A stretch of 64,000 nt of DNA, from positions 261,216-325,215 of the forward strand of contig NW_015169781.1 of assembly GCF_001447785.1 (NCBI RefSeq). The letters are read 5' to 3'. The stretch is from Gekko japonicus (taxonomy: Eukaryota). A program made the position numbers and the translations under genes. The notes below the pieces were generated by a model that saw only the letters and a list, made by a program, of their open reading frames with translations, ran no database searches and was not told the DNA's origin. Shown here one piece after another: positions 41,887 to 54,419 of this stretch; position 1 is the first letter of the stretch, and the number at the start of each line of letters is the position of its first letter.

Positions 41887-42768
41887 ACCGAAGAATGGTA
41901 CNNNNNNNNNNNNNNNNNNNNNNNNNNNNNNNNNNNNNNNNNNNNNNNNNNNNNNNNNNNNNNNNNNNNNNNNNNNNNNNNNNNNNNNNNNNNNNNNNNN
42001 NNNNNNNNNNNNNNNNNNNNNNNNNNNNNNNNNNNNNNNNNNNNNNNNNNNNNNNGACCCGAATTCTAATCCTGACCCGAATTCCTTTACCTTTTTAATG
42101 TTAACAGATCATTATGAACCTAATTGGCTGAAATTAGTCCCCCCAAAAATTAGGTCCCTAGGAATATTTCTAGACCCATTTTACTTAACTGCCTCCACAA
42201 TATTTTATACAACTAAATGCAGGCTTCTACACTTGATCTTAGCCAAAAGGCCAAGAAGCTATATTCTAGATATTCAATTTCAGTGCCTGACTGAGGCAGC
42301 CAGGAAAACCTGTTCCTCAGGGATTATCCCAGACACTGGGCCAGACAGCTTCTTATTTTTGTTCTCTAACTGATCCCTATCAAAGAAGGGCATTTATGTT
42401 AGCCAGATTTAACATACTGCCATCAGCTATCTTCTCTAGAAGATGCCAAAAAATCCCTTATGAACTTAGACAATGCCCCTGTAGTCAGAGTGCTATCAAA
42501 TCCATTTCCCATGTTCTTTTAAATTGTCCATTTTATTCTAAAATTACATGGTGTGGTCTCTCTGAGAGTGTCAAGGTCCAGTTGCTACTCTCTAGGCAAA
42601 ACACTTCTATAACTAATGTTGCTTGTTTTCTTCAATCTGTAATTCGAACCAGGGAAACTATTAATTGATCAGGTTTTTTGTTGGCTGTTTGACAGCCATA
42701 CTTCTGATGTATTCCTAAATTTTAATGTAATCTTATCTCTTACATGCCAATAAAGGTTGTCTGTCTGT
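41887..42768 (+). mobile_element. 5'-truncated LINE 3' fragment (C-terminal CCHC region); spans an assembly gap
   Basis: LARFNILPS...RQCPC...HVLLNCPFY; aataaa followed by a (tgtc)n tail; TSD caagtagaacttg at 41874-41886 and 42769-42781. Confidence 0.75.
42227..42262 (-). pseudogene. U2 snRNA 5' fragment (nt 1-36) retrocopy
   Basis: Reverse complement ATAGCTTCTTGGCCTTTTGGCTAAGATCAAGTGTAG versus U2 ATCGCTTCTCGGCCTTTTGGCTAAGATCAAGTGTAG (34/36). Confidence 0.9.
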
Positions 42769-42874
42769 CAAGTAGAACTTGGCCTTGTAACTTCCTCTAA
42801 ATACCTGTGTTGACTCACTCTTTTACCTACATATTTATACAAAGATCTTTTACTATCTAGTAGAGCTGTTGATC

Positions 42875-43058
42875 CCAGACTAGCCTGATCTCAGAAGCTA
42901 AGCAGGCTGGCCTTGGCTAGTATTTGGATGGGAGACCACCGCGGAATTCCAGGATCACTATGCAGAAGGAGGCAATGGCAAACCACTTCTGTTAGTATCT
43001 TGTAAACCTTACAAGGTTGCTGTAGGTTGGCTGCAACTTGATGGCACTTTACACACAC
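42875..43058 (+). mobile_element. 5S rRNA-derived SINE
   Basis: gatctcagaagctaagcagg...tagtatttggatgggagacc matches the 5S internal control region, followed by a non-5S tail. Confidence 0.8.
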
Positions 43059-43851
43059 AGCTTTTTTTATTGCTCAGCATATCCAAAAGTTCAATCTCCC
43101 CCCCCCCATTTACTAAAAAAAACCCAACAACCCTGAATAAAAAGTTACATCCAGTAATAAAAATTGTATATGAATGCAAGATGCCCCCCCCCCCTTTTGG
43201 ATGGCATACCTGGAAAAAATACCTAGTCTTCAATTTGAGTAAATATGCAGTATCCTGGGAATACCAGAAACATATTCAGCCTCCAAGAAAAACCACTTAT
43301 TTTCAACACATCTCGTTGTCTGCTGCAGCCTTCAACACTGCAATCATTTCAGCTTATACTACAAACCAGACAGGTTCAGCACTCTAACCTCCCATACCAC
43401 AGTTTGTTCAGTCCCAGGCTTGGCCAGTGTGTAATGCAATGCAGTAGATGCTATATAGAAACATGGAAGTAACACAGTCACTAATAGTAAATCTCATGCT
43501 ACAGCAGAGGGGATAGGCTAGAACAGAAAGCCATGTATAGGAGCTCTGAATCTCCTTTTTAAAATAGGCAACTTTGATTTCATCAGCTTAAACTGTGGTT
43601 GCTGTGCTGTTCCCTTCACACATATAGCTCATATCTTATATAGCCATATGACTGCATATCATGCACTAGGAGAGGTTTTTTGTTGTTTGCCAGTTCAGTG
43701 GAATCTTGTTAATTTTAACATAAGCAAGAAAGCTTAAAGAAAACTATACAATTTATTAGACATCGTTTTAAATCAACCAGTGCCTGCAAAGCCTCCAGTG
43801 AGCCTGGAGCTCCCTCTTAAAGACCCTTTTCAGAACAATTCAAGCAAATGT

Positions 43852-43953
43852 TCAGCTTTCTTTAGTCACAGAGCTTTTTATATCTGTGGCTTTGGTGAGA
43901 TTCCCTGCTTCCTTTTTCAGGACATTTAATAGAGTCTGTGAACTTTCCAAGAT
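43852..43953 (-). CDS. SSNA1: SSNA1 exon 3 (terminal)
   Basis: ILESSQTLLNVLKKEAGNLTKATDIKSSVTKES*; AATAAA on the minus strand at 43752-43757. Confidence 0.95.
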   Translation of the reverse strand: MLESSQTLLNVLKKEAGNLTKATDIKSSVTKES

Positions 43954-44926
43954 CTGCAAAGCAGGAAGGAAAAGTAAAAAAGTTAGGACATTTCTATATT
44001 TATACCACTTTGGAACATGAGATGCAAACAGATTTTTAAAGTACCTGAATTAGGAGCAGGTTTATTCAATACTTAACCCTCTCCCCTCCCAAAGCAGATT
44101 TTTCTCTTTAAAAATATGAGTTTCGTTGCACGTTGATATATAACAGTTAAATAGTTATATAGAGAGCATGGTCTGCCTCCATTTTCTTTGTGATTTAACA
44201 ATCAGCAGTACTTCAACACAAAAATATAACCACATTCAAGATCTACTCTCAACTGCTTAAAAAAATCTAATCTACATAGGGGGAAGTTTTGGCGTTCAGT
44301 TAGAGGAATAAGAATCCTTTATTATTTTATTTTAAATTATTATTTAAGAATCCCTTATTTTTACGAGAAAGTGAAGAAACCTAAGAAAATGCGTATAGGA
44401 AGGCTAGATGCTCTTAGAAGCTGAAACACCACCAGTTCCTTAGTGAAAGACAAAGTGGCCAGGAACGAACAATTTGAAAAGAAAAAGTAGCTGCTTCCAG
44501 AAGTGTTGGTATTTGCTTTGCACTAAAGGAGACTGCTATGTGCATTGGTACTTTCTTTTTTGCCAAGCCTTGTACACCAGCACAGATGGAAGAACTAAGC
44601 ACAATTTGCAACCATCCTGACAGTGCTTTAACTCAGTTTCCAATGGCTACGGAGGTGATCTTTTACCTGAAGAATTCTGCAGATTGTTCTTTGTAACAGG
44701 ATCCCCCCCCCCCGAAAATAAAATTAGCTTAATGGTATGTTTCACTGGGGGAGGGGGACTTCAAAGTGCCATACATCAGGGAATGTATGGCAGCAATTAA
44801 GGAGGCTCAGCAAGATTCCAGTTGCACTGATTTGAAATCAAGTGTCTGTAAAGCAGAGAGCAGTACAAGGACATTCTTGGTATCTGGCAAGAATCTTGCA
44901 CTTATTATAAGCATACAGCTTCTGCT

Positions 44927-45142
44927 GCCCTGACCAGGATGGTCCAGGCTAGCCTGATCTCATCAGATTTCAGAAGCTAAGTGGGATCGATCCTAGTTAG
45001 TACTTGGATGGGAAACCACCAAGGAAGTCTAGAGTCGCTATGCAGAGGCAGGTAATGGCAAACAACTTCTGAACGTCTTGTCGTGGCAACCCTATAGGGT
45101 CGCCATGAGTCAGCTCCATTTGGATGGCATTTTCCACCACAA
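44927..45142 (+). mobile_element. 5S rRNA-derived SINE (further partial copy on - strand at ~25575-25702)
   Basis: cctgatctcatcagatttcagaagctaag...tagttagtacttggatgggaaacc plus the shared ggcaatggcaaac tail. Confidence 0.8.
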
Positions 45143-45202
45143 CTTCTGCCCAGTTACCCTGAACAAAAGCAAACCAGGTTATGGGGATTTCACAACCAAT
45201 AC

Positions 45203-45402
45203 CTTCATATAAGCAGCTTCAGTTTCAGCAATGGTTTTATCAAACTCATTCCGGGAAGCCATCTTACGGGCCAGGTTCTCATTAATACGGGCCAGCTTCT
45301 CTGTCAAAAGGCGGATTTCATTCTGCAGCTTAACCTTCTCCTCTTCTTCTAGCCGTATCTGTTTGTTTAGTTCATCCCTTTTTACGCAGAGATCTTCAAT
45401 AC
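45203..45402 (-). CDS. SSNA1: SSNA1 exon 2
   Basis: [16 protein letters not shown]...[33 protein letters not shown]; phase 1-0. Confidence 0.96.
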
Positions 45403-45819
45403 CTGAGAATGAAGAGCTGTATTATGGGAAGATCCAAGTGCTCCCTAAATATATTTGCCCAACACAGCAGCACCTCCAGCCACATATTTGCCCATAGTCT
45501 GCAACTGCTAGCACTTTCTTTCACAGATCTAAACCAAAAAACCCCAAGGGCTAGTGCCCATTTCAGCCCACGTGACACTATATGGTAGTGTTATTATTCA
45601 ATTATTGTTTATTGGATCAGTCCTGTTGACTGTATTTGACTTACACTGTATAATCTGCCTTGATTCTCAGTGAGAAAGACAAACAATAAATAACTTAAAT
45701 AAAGATAAAATAGGGGGAGCCAACCTACTGGATGTTTTAACCTGTTCTATGTATGAGTAGCTTGCATAGGCTGTTGGCACTCTAAACACCATGTTTCCTT
45801 AGATGAGACCATTTACCCA

Positions 45820-48095
45820 GATATCTAAACTCTCAGCAGCCATCAACGAGATCACTCCCCAACAGTCTCTGTGCCCTAGGCTCACTCCCTGGCTTACCCG
45901 AGAGTTGTGGCTAATGAAGTGAAGGCTAAGATGGCTAGAATGACAGTGGTGGTGTGCCTGTGACGAAGCTACAAGAACATCTTATGGGTCATTTATGAGA
46001 TCCTATGAGATGGCAGTCAAAGCTGCGAAGAAAGAGTTCTACACGGCCACGGTTGCATCTGCGAGCTCACGCCTAGGCCCATTTGTTTAGAATAATTCAG
46101 TTCATTACTGCTCTGCCACAAGGCAGACCAAATGCTAGGAAATTGGACATTGGCTGTGAGGCTTCTGCGAGCTATTTTGCAGATAAAGTCTTGTCGCTCC
46201 ACTGTGTCCTCCCTGCCACAGCTGAAACAGTGAGTAAACTCAAGGCTCCATGCATGTCTTCTACTCAGGTTATGGATTATTTCAGTCCGCTCAGCCAGAG
46301 GTAGTCGACAAATTGCTCCTAACTGTACACCACACCACGCCTTGATCTGTGACCTTATTTATTTATTTATTTATTTACCTTCATAGCTAATTAAAGCTGG
46401 CCATGATGGGTTTCGAGGTGCCCTAAGAGAGATTATCAACAAGTCTCTCTCGGAGGAACTGTTCCCTAAGGCACTCAAGGAATCAGTGGTCCATCCTCTC
46501 CTGAAAAAGCCATCCTTGGATCCAGCTGAATTTGCAAATTACCAGCCCATTTCCAACTTGCCTTATTTGGGCAAGATAATAGAGAGCTTTGGCAATTCAG
46601 TTACACAACTTTTTGGATGACGCTTCCATTTTAGATCCCTTCCAGTCCGGTTTTTGCCCAGGCCATGGAACAGAAATGGCACTGGTCGCCCTCACGGACA
46701 ACCTTCGGAGGCATCTGGATTGCGGCAGATTGGCAGTCCTGTTGCCGCTGGACCTGTTGGCAGCATTCAACATGGTCGACCAGCACCTACTGATCCACAG
46801 CCTTGCTGACAATGGAGTCCAGGGGCCTGCCCTGCAATGGCTTGCCTCCTTCCTTCAAGGTTCTGACAAAGGGTGGCACTAGGGGAACAGCTATCCCAAA
46901 GGCACCCACTGAACTGTGGCGTACCCCAAGCGGCAGTGCTTTCCCAATGCTATTTAACACCTATATGCGCCCCCTTGCCCAGAGGCATGGGCTGGGATGT
47001 CACCAGCATGCAGATGACACCCAGCTCTATTGTTGGGTGGCCAGTCCGACTCTAAACTGGAAGATCTGGACCGGATGTTACCAGCCATGGCTGGATGGCT
47101 TAGACTGAGCCGACTGAAATTGAATCTGATGAAGACGGAGGTCCTGTACCTGAGATGGGGTGGGTCAAGGGTAGGGATTCCACTGCCGACCTTCAATGGG
47201 GCTCCGTTGGTGCCAGCGCTGGAGGTTAGGAGTCTGGGAGTGCTCCTGATGCTTCCTTAACAATAGGGGCTCAGGAAGCAGCCACTGCCAAGTCAGCCTT
47301 TTACCATCTTCGGCTGATCAGGCAGTTGGTTCCCTTCCTCAAACGCAACGACTTGGCAACAGTGATGGTTACCTCGAGACTGGACTACTGTAATGCTCTC
47401 TATGTGGGCTGCCCTTGTCTCAAATCCGGAAGCTACAGCTAGTGAAAAATGCTGCGGCCAGGCTTTTGATGGGTCTCCCTATACGAGAGCACATCCAGCC
47501 TGTGCTGAAAGCACTGCATTGGCTGCCAATAGCATACCAAATTTGCTTCAAGGTGCTGGTTCTTACCTTTAAAGCCCTTTATGGTCAGGGGCCTACATAT
47601 CCGAGGGACCGCCTTTCCCCACATGTTCCCCAGAGAGCACTACGGTCAGGGTCCCAAAATCGACTACCCCCTCCTGGGTCCCAAAGACACCAGGCTGGCC
47701 ATAACCAAGGCCAGGCTTTCTCGGTGGTGGCTCCCTACTGGTGGAATGAGCTCCAGAAGAGATCAGGGCCCTGCATCACCTTATGCAGTTGCGCAGGGCC
47801 TGCAAGATGGAGCTCTTCCACCAGGCCTTCAACTAAGGAGCCATCCCTAACTGAAAGGTAGAGAGCCCCGTTCTCCGGAGTTACCATCAACAGCCTGTGC
47901 CTGCCGCATAAAGAAACAGAAAAAGGAGCTGATCAACAGGACAGACCATCGAATTGTTGCTGCCATCGCTAAATAACATTACTACTATCAGACCTAATGT
48001 TTACTGGCACTTTATGATAGTGGACTGATTTTAGAAGGTTTTATGACTGTTTGTAATTGTTATTTATGTTTTGATCTTTTATGTAAGCCGCCCTC
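45820..48095 (+). mobile_element. Degenerate L2-type LINE in SSNA1 intron 1
   Basis: LDPFQSGF.PGHGTE.AL, HADDTQLY, LSRLKLN..KTEVL, RLDYCNAL and LHWLPI motifs, with frameshifts. Confidence 0.87.
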
Positions 48096-48555
48096 CATGG
48101 CACACTGGACAAGCCTATAGCCCTCTTTCTTCATTGTACACTACACAAACGCTGCAATCCTAAGAATAGTTTCCTGGAAGTAAGCCCCACATGATAAAAC
48201 TAGACTTATTTCCAAGCAGACTTGCTGGGATTGCTTTAAAAAAATCTCTTTTCTGTAGCATCTTCCAGTTCCAGGGCACCTTGGTTAACACCTCAACCAT
48301 TCCTCAATCTTGCTCTCACAATCTTCATAGGCAGTAGGCCCACACCCTATCATAAGACGCTCAGATCCTCTTGTTCATAGAGTATCACAAGGAGTACCTG
48401 TTTCCTCCTGCAGGCATAATAACACTACCTTCCCCCAGAGCCCCCAGAAGTCTCGCTTTCTCAAATACGGCCAATCCTGTACCCCTTTACCCCACATGCC
48501 AACTTCTCGGAGAGCACTCCACAGGCTCCTCTCACTCACCAAGGCACCCCAGCCT

Positions 48556-48761
48556 CGGGTTGCCAGCCACCAGGTGGTGCTTGGAAATCTCCCGGAATTA
48601 CAACTAATATCCAAACGGCAGAGATCAGTTGAAGAAAATGTCTCTTTTGGAGAAGGAACTCCATGGCATTATACTCTGCTGAGGTCCCGTCCCTCTTCTC
48701 CCCAAACCCCACCCTGCTCCCCAATCCCCAGGAATTTCCTACCCCGGAGTTAGCAGCCCTA
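48556..48761. mobile_element. MITE with gggttgcca-type TIRs (hAT-Tip100-like)
   Basis: cgggttgccagc...gttagcagcccta; family assignment from recall only. Confidence 0.5.
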
Positions 48762-48967
48762 CCCCCACTATACCAGCGTCCCGGAAACTCTTACCCGATG
48801 TCTTAACACGCAGGTCGTGGTCCTACAGACACCCCCCCCCCCAAGCTTCCCTCTTGATACCCCAAAGCGGCGAGCCTCCCTTCTCCCTAGCCCAGATATG
48901 CCCTCGTCGCCATGGTAACCCGCGGCCTAGTCTTCCCTATGAGCCTGTTTATTTCCCCTTTCCTCAC

Positions 48968-49019
48968 ATTTGACCAGCTCGTTATTGTAGCTCTGCAGGG
49001 CCGCCCCTTGCTGGGTCAT
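48968..49019 (-). CDS. SSNA1: SSNA1 exon 1 (Sjogren syndrome nuclear autoantigen 1 / NA14, 117 aa total)
   Basis: MTQQGAALQSYNNELVK; gtgagg donor. Confidence 0.96.
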
Positions 49020-49162
49020 CGCCGAGCTCCGGACCGCGGCGGGGGCTGCTGGCCGTCTCCTTCCTTCCCGCTCTCTCGGCCTTTCCTTCCGCTCCCTCTT
49101 TGCTCCTCCTCCTTAAACGGTCCCCGCCGCGCGCCGGGCTTGGCCTGTTTGGGGAGCCGGTC
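49020..49162. promoter_or_regulatory. Very short GC-rich head-to-head spacer SSNA1/ANAPC2
   Basis: 143 bp between the two start codons, within a CpG island. Confidence 0.75.
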
Positions 49163-49228
49163 ATGGAGCTCTCGGCCGCTTGGCACACGCTTAGCACCGG
49201 CCTGGTGCCGCCCGCTGCCCTCGGTCTG
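49163..49228 (+). CDS. ANAPC2: ANAPC2 exon 1 (anaphase-promoting complex subunit 2)
   Basis: MELSAAWHTLSTGLVPPAALGL; gtaggt donor. Confidence 0.92.
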
Positions 49229-49758
49229 GTAGGTGGAGAACGGGACCCAAGTGGGGAAAGCGGGTTAGGGGGTTGCAGTGAGCATATGGAAGGGAGGGGG
49301 GCCTGCAGGTGCAAGTTCGGGGGAGGGCTACGCTAAGGGGGCGCACAAATGGGGTCCAGGCGCAAAAGAAGGCAGCCTGATGGGGGTGCGGGTCAAGTGG
49401 GTACAGGGGCAGAAAGGACCTCGCTGGAATGGACGGGGAGTGTCTTTCGGCAGGACAATTGGGGGCGTGGAGGGTGAGGGAAATTTCCTTTCACCTCTTT
49501 ACTACCGCTTATGGGGTGAAGTCTGTTGACACAGGAGAAAAGGTGGTAAAAGTGGGGGTGGGGTCATTGGATGCAAATTGTTAAGGAGGTGGAATAGAAG
49601 GGGAGTCTCTGTGTGTGCTGCAAGTGGCCTATGACATTGTCTGATTGGTGGTGAGCAGCGCTCCCTCTAAGCTGTGTCTCGTGAGCAAGACGTGGAATAG
49701 AAGGGGAGCCTCTGTGTGTGATGCAAGTAGCCTATGACATTGTCTGGTTGGTGGTGAG

Positions 49759-49961
49759 CAACGCTCCCTCTAAGCTGTGTCTCGTGAGCAAAAATTCTAC
49801 TTTGTGAGCTACTGGCATTAAAGTTGTGAGCAAGCAATTTGGCTACTCCATAAATTAATTTGCTCTGGAGCCATCCTTCCTGAGCGAAGACAAAAATGTG
49901 TGAGCCGGAGGCTAAAAAACTGTGAGCTAGCTCACACTAACTCAGCTTAGCGGGAACACTG
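49759..49961. mobile_element. hAT MITE, same family
   Basis: caacgctccctctaagctg...cagcttagcgggaacactg; TSD gtggtgag on both sides. Confidence 0.87.
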
Positions 49962-50359
49962 GTGGTGAGTGAAACAGGCAGCAGTTGTGCTAGTAGTGAA
50001 GGAGCACAAATGAGGACCCAAAGTTAGAAGTACAGAAGACTTATAGTAACAAAATGAAATAATTAGCAAGTTCCTCTCCTTCACTGGTACCCCAGAACCT
50101 ATCTTTTGAGGTGGGAGGCTTTGCCTTGTCTAGAGGTACAGCTGGCTATAGGCAAGAACTGCTTTGGAAGCCATTTGCTGTCTGGTGCACTGAGATGTAG
50201 CCTGATCTCAGAGCATATGCCTTGGCCATCTTCAGTTAAACATGAAAGATTGCGACTGAAGTAGAGTTCTGTTTGCCAGCCTGGGAGTGACACGCAACTT
50301 GCTTTCTATCTACATTTTCTAGTTGTCTTTTATATTTCATGTGGTGTCTTGCTTTTTAG

Positions 50360-50988
50360 GCAGCGCCTCGATCCAGTGTGGCAGGGCCGCCAAAAGATTA
50401 TGACTTGCAGGTTGCCATAGAGGTCTTGCAGCGGTATGACTTACACTCAGTTGTGGAGGAGTGGTTTTTGGAAGTTCTGCAGACTGATCTTCAGGCAAAC
50501 ATTGCTCCAGAGTTCTGGAATTGTATTGCACAGTATGAAAACACAGCCGAAGAGCCTCAGTGCTCCCTTCTGCTCCTGGATGCCTTTTGTCTGCTGAAGT
50601 GCCGCCTGGACCCTTACCTACACAGCATGGACCTTCTGGAGAAATGGACCAAAGCAGGCTTGCTCCTTGGGACTGGATCCCAGGGGCTGCAGGAGAAAGT
50701 CTACACCATGTTCAGAGCCATCCTCTTCTTCTCAACTACAAAAAACTTCCAGGAGATGATCCAACAGTTTTACAGTCGCAGTTTCAAGATCTACATGAGG
50801 CAATGGAAGAGAAGTGAAGACAAGGCGAATGAGGGAGAGAGCAACATGAGTGACAATGAGCAAGAGAGTGAAGCAGAGGAGAGTGAACCTGGAGGAGGGG
50901 GCTTGCAGTGCGCAGGCTGCAACTGTAAGAAGTCCCAGTGTTGGTGCCCAACAGCCATGGACCAGTTTCAGCAGCTCAATGACATTCT
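50360..50988 (+). CDS. ANAPC2: ANAPC2 exon 2
   Basis: LHSVVEEWFLEVLQTDLQANIAPEFWN...CAGC...CWCP; phase 0-2. Confidence 0.95.
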
Positions 50989-52554
50989 GTAAGCACTTTT
51001 TGGGGTCTTGAAACAGACATGAAACCTGTGAAGGCCCCTGCTGCTAGTTAGTTGCGAGCCAATTGTGTGCACAGAACACAGAAATTAGGGAAGCGATTTT
51101 GTGAGACCCAGTGTGGAGCAATGGTTAAGAGTGTTGGGCTGATGTTTGGGAGACCTAGGTTTGAATCCCCACTTATGCCATGGAAGCTCACTGGGTGACT
51201 TTGGGCCAGTCACACACTTTCAGACTAACCCACCTCCCAGGGTTGTTGTGAGGATAAAATGGAGGAGAGAAGAATGACGTAAACTGCTTTGAGTCCCTAC
51301 TGGGAGGGTATAAAAGAATTAAATAAAAAGTAGCTGGGACAGCCGCCATTGAACCATCAACCTCAGCTGTAAACAGTAAGGAGCCTTGGGGAAGCCATGC
51401 CCCTTTAGCTTCTTCCCTGTCCTATTGCAGTATGGGGATGATAACAATATGACTTTTGTTGAGTAGTGTGTGACAACATTTGGCATTTTGGTAGAGTTTC
51501 AGAATGTTCACAGCATTTCCATTGCCTTCCTTAGTAATCTTAAAATAGCCGTGTAAGGTAGGCCGGCATTATTATGCCTGCATTGCAAAGTGAGGCTGAG
51601 GGAGACTGACTTGCCTAATGCCTTTTAGTTTATTATTGATTATTTGTGTAGTCCTGTCAGGGTGCTTGGCAGAGTAACACACGCAAGAAGACAGCACCCT
51701 GCTCTGAGCAGCTACACTTTACATTAGAAAACAGGAGGAAGACAGCAAGGGAAGAATGGCTGTTTACAATGCAATTCTGGGCAAAGCTACTTGAGCCTGA
51801 ATTCATTGAAATTCATGGGCTTAGGCTGGAGTAAGTCTGCATAGTATTGCAGTGTTAGTCTTGTTACACATACTTGAGCTTTGTGTCAGTTAATGGTGAG
51901 TACTAACGTTGTGGCAAAGGTTTAATGGAAAAGGTGGGTTATGCGGAAGAATCTGAAAGTAAAAGGAGAGGCAGACTCATGTAAATGTTCTAGAAGAGGA
52001 CTTCAGGATGGAAGAGCCATTGGATAGGGGGTGGGGGTGGTTCAGTATCATTTAAAGGATCAGAATACCTTTGGACATCTGAGCATGGTGGATCTGGGTA
52101 ATGGTCATGGGAAGAGTAATTGGGATAGAAAGGCAGAGAAGTGAGATGACCTTGGAAGTCAGGATGAAGAGTTTATGCTGTGTAAGGCTGAATTCCTCAC
52201 TCCTGCTTCATTATATATTTTGCTGTAATTGAAAATATAACCTACTGATACAGTTACTTCCGTCATCAAAAAGAAAACAGTAGATGTTATAATACAAGAG
52301 CACTCGGCTTCCCCCCAAACTTCCATGCAAATCTGCCCAAGTGCATCTATAACTAATAATCACAGGCAGAACAGAGAGATCATTTTAATGAAGACACTCT
52401 GCTAAATGATCATAAAACAAAATGCTCATTAAAGGGAGGTAGATTTGTTTAAATATTTTTCAGCTTTTGTTTTAAAATACTCCTCCATCTGGAGATGGTT
52501 TAGGGTTTTTAATTTTTGTACTGATTTCTGAGGAACAACCTTTTGTCCCTTCAG

Positions 52555-52687
52555 TCGCAGACTCAACCTGCTGGAGCGAGTGAGCGCTGATGCTGTCACC
52601 AACATCCTTCACAGAATGATTGAGGAGCGGATGGAATGGAGATGCCGGGGGGAATATGAACGCTCCTTTCTGAATGAATTCCAAGAG
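52555..52687 (+). CDS. ANAPC2: ANAPC2 exon 3
   Basis: RRLNLLERVSADAVTNILHRMIEERMEWRCRGEYERSFLNEFQE. Confidence 0.94.
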
Positions 52688-54080
52688 GTGAGTAGGGTTT
52701 TGGTAGCTAGGGCTGTGAGTCAGTGGCAGAGCAGGTGTTTTGAATACAGCAGGTCCCAGGTTGTCTCCCTTGCATTGCAATTGTCCTATACTGTACGTGT
52801 GTGGAAAGACTTTCTTATAAAGAGCCTTGTGGCCCAGAAAAGTTGCTGTGAGTTGGAGTAGGTGATAACCAAGTTATGTGAACCGATGTTATGACTAGAT
52901 ATGTCAGCTTTATGTGTATGCATTTGTATTCAGAACTAGATATAAGACAGCTTTGTATATGAAGTCAAACACCCAAGGCTTAGTTCTTGTCAGAGATCAT
53001 ATGTTCATCTTCATTTTCTCTGAGGTGTTCCTTTAAAATGTGGTGCCTCAACTGGTGGCCTTACAACTTCCTCCATAGATTTGAGTCGGGAACCCCATGC
53101 ATTGCAAAGGATTCTGGAGCTCAAGATAGGTTCTCATGGGATGCTGTTCAGTTGTTGTGCCTCTTCTTTGGTTACCATAGACTGATCATGCAATGGACCA
53201 CAACTTAGCACTCCCCTGTGACTGCTTGTTGCAGGAAAAGTTCAGTACCTGCTGGAAAGCTCTCAGGAAAGCTAGTCCCTGCTCAGGAATCCCTAATAAG
53301 CTCCTTGAAACCTCTGGGTTCATGGTAACGCAGTTTGAAAACCACTGGCCTAAAGCAAAACTTTGGAAAACAGTTACCTTAGCAGACAGCCCCTCTATAT
53401 TTCTCCTAAATTTATTTACATTCTTAAGGTTCAGCCTTGCAAACCCCACCCCCCTCTGACCAATGAGGCTGCAAGACTACTTTATTAATTCAGAGATGAG
53501 AGTCTGTGTTTCACCACATAGAGTGAGGCTTGAACCAATGTCTCTCTGATTCATACTACAGGCAAATTGCGAGAAGTTTGCAAGCAGCCTGTCACATGTG
53601 GTAAATAAGGATCACCTCTAGGCTACCGAGTGGCAAAAGTTTTGTGAGCTAGAAAAAAGTTGAGTCCTTCCTCTACCTTTCTGGTTGTCTAGGGTTCTCC
53701 TTGGAGCAAGTCTTTGCACACCTTCACCTGAGACAGAAGAGAGCTGCAACCAGTAGACAGTACTGACTTTGATTGACCAGTGGTCTGATTCAGTATAAGG
53801 TAGTGTTGTGTGTCTTCAGCTGGCTTTATGCAAGGTGCAGCAGCAGGACTGTTCTAGAAAAGGATAAATAGCATCTTTTGGTACTTTGGTGTGGGAACTT
53901 GGGTACCTCCTCAACTGTAAAGCTCACTGGGTGGCTGTAAGCAACACATTCTGTCTCAACTTGCGTTACTTCTCCATAAGAAGAACATAAATTAGACCTT
54001 TCTCTGTGGATGAATGAGATAGAATTGGTAAATTGCTTTGCATCTTGGAAGCCCTGTAGAATCTGATGGTGATTCATTCC

Positions 54081-54082
<2 letters not shown>

Positions 54083-54133
<51 letters not shown>

Positions 54134-54182
54134 GCTGTTTGACAAGGTGACTGGCTGTCACAAAAAATTCTTTTGCTCTCTC

Positions 54183-54232
<50 letters not shown>
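54083..54232 (+). repeat. Two (CT)n microsatellites
   Basis: 54083-54131 and ~54176-54232, directly visible. Confidence 0.95.
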
Positions 54233-54235
<3 letters not shown>

Positions 54236-54241
54236 ATGAAG

Positions 54242-54416
54242 TGGATTGAGAAGGTGATTGGCTGGCTTAGCAGAGTGTTTCTGCAAGGAGGGGCAGCTAC
54301 CCATCCCAACCCTGAAGCCATCAGCACTCTGAAGCGATGGCGCTGCCATGTCCAGAGATTCTTCTACCGCCTGTATGCTAGCATGCGCATCGAAGAACTG
54401 TTCAGCATCATCCGAG
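54242..54416 (+). CDS. ANAPC2: ANAPC2 exon 4
   Basis: WIEKVIGWLSRVFLQ...LKRWRCHVQRFFYRLYASMRIEELFSIIR; AAG acceptor and gtattt donor. Confidence 0.93.
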
Positions 54417-54419
54417 GTA

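Noticed and set aside
44927-45030. Functional 5S rRNA gene
   Set aside because: Only the internal control region matches; the 5' and 3' ends are replaced and a SINE tail follows.
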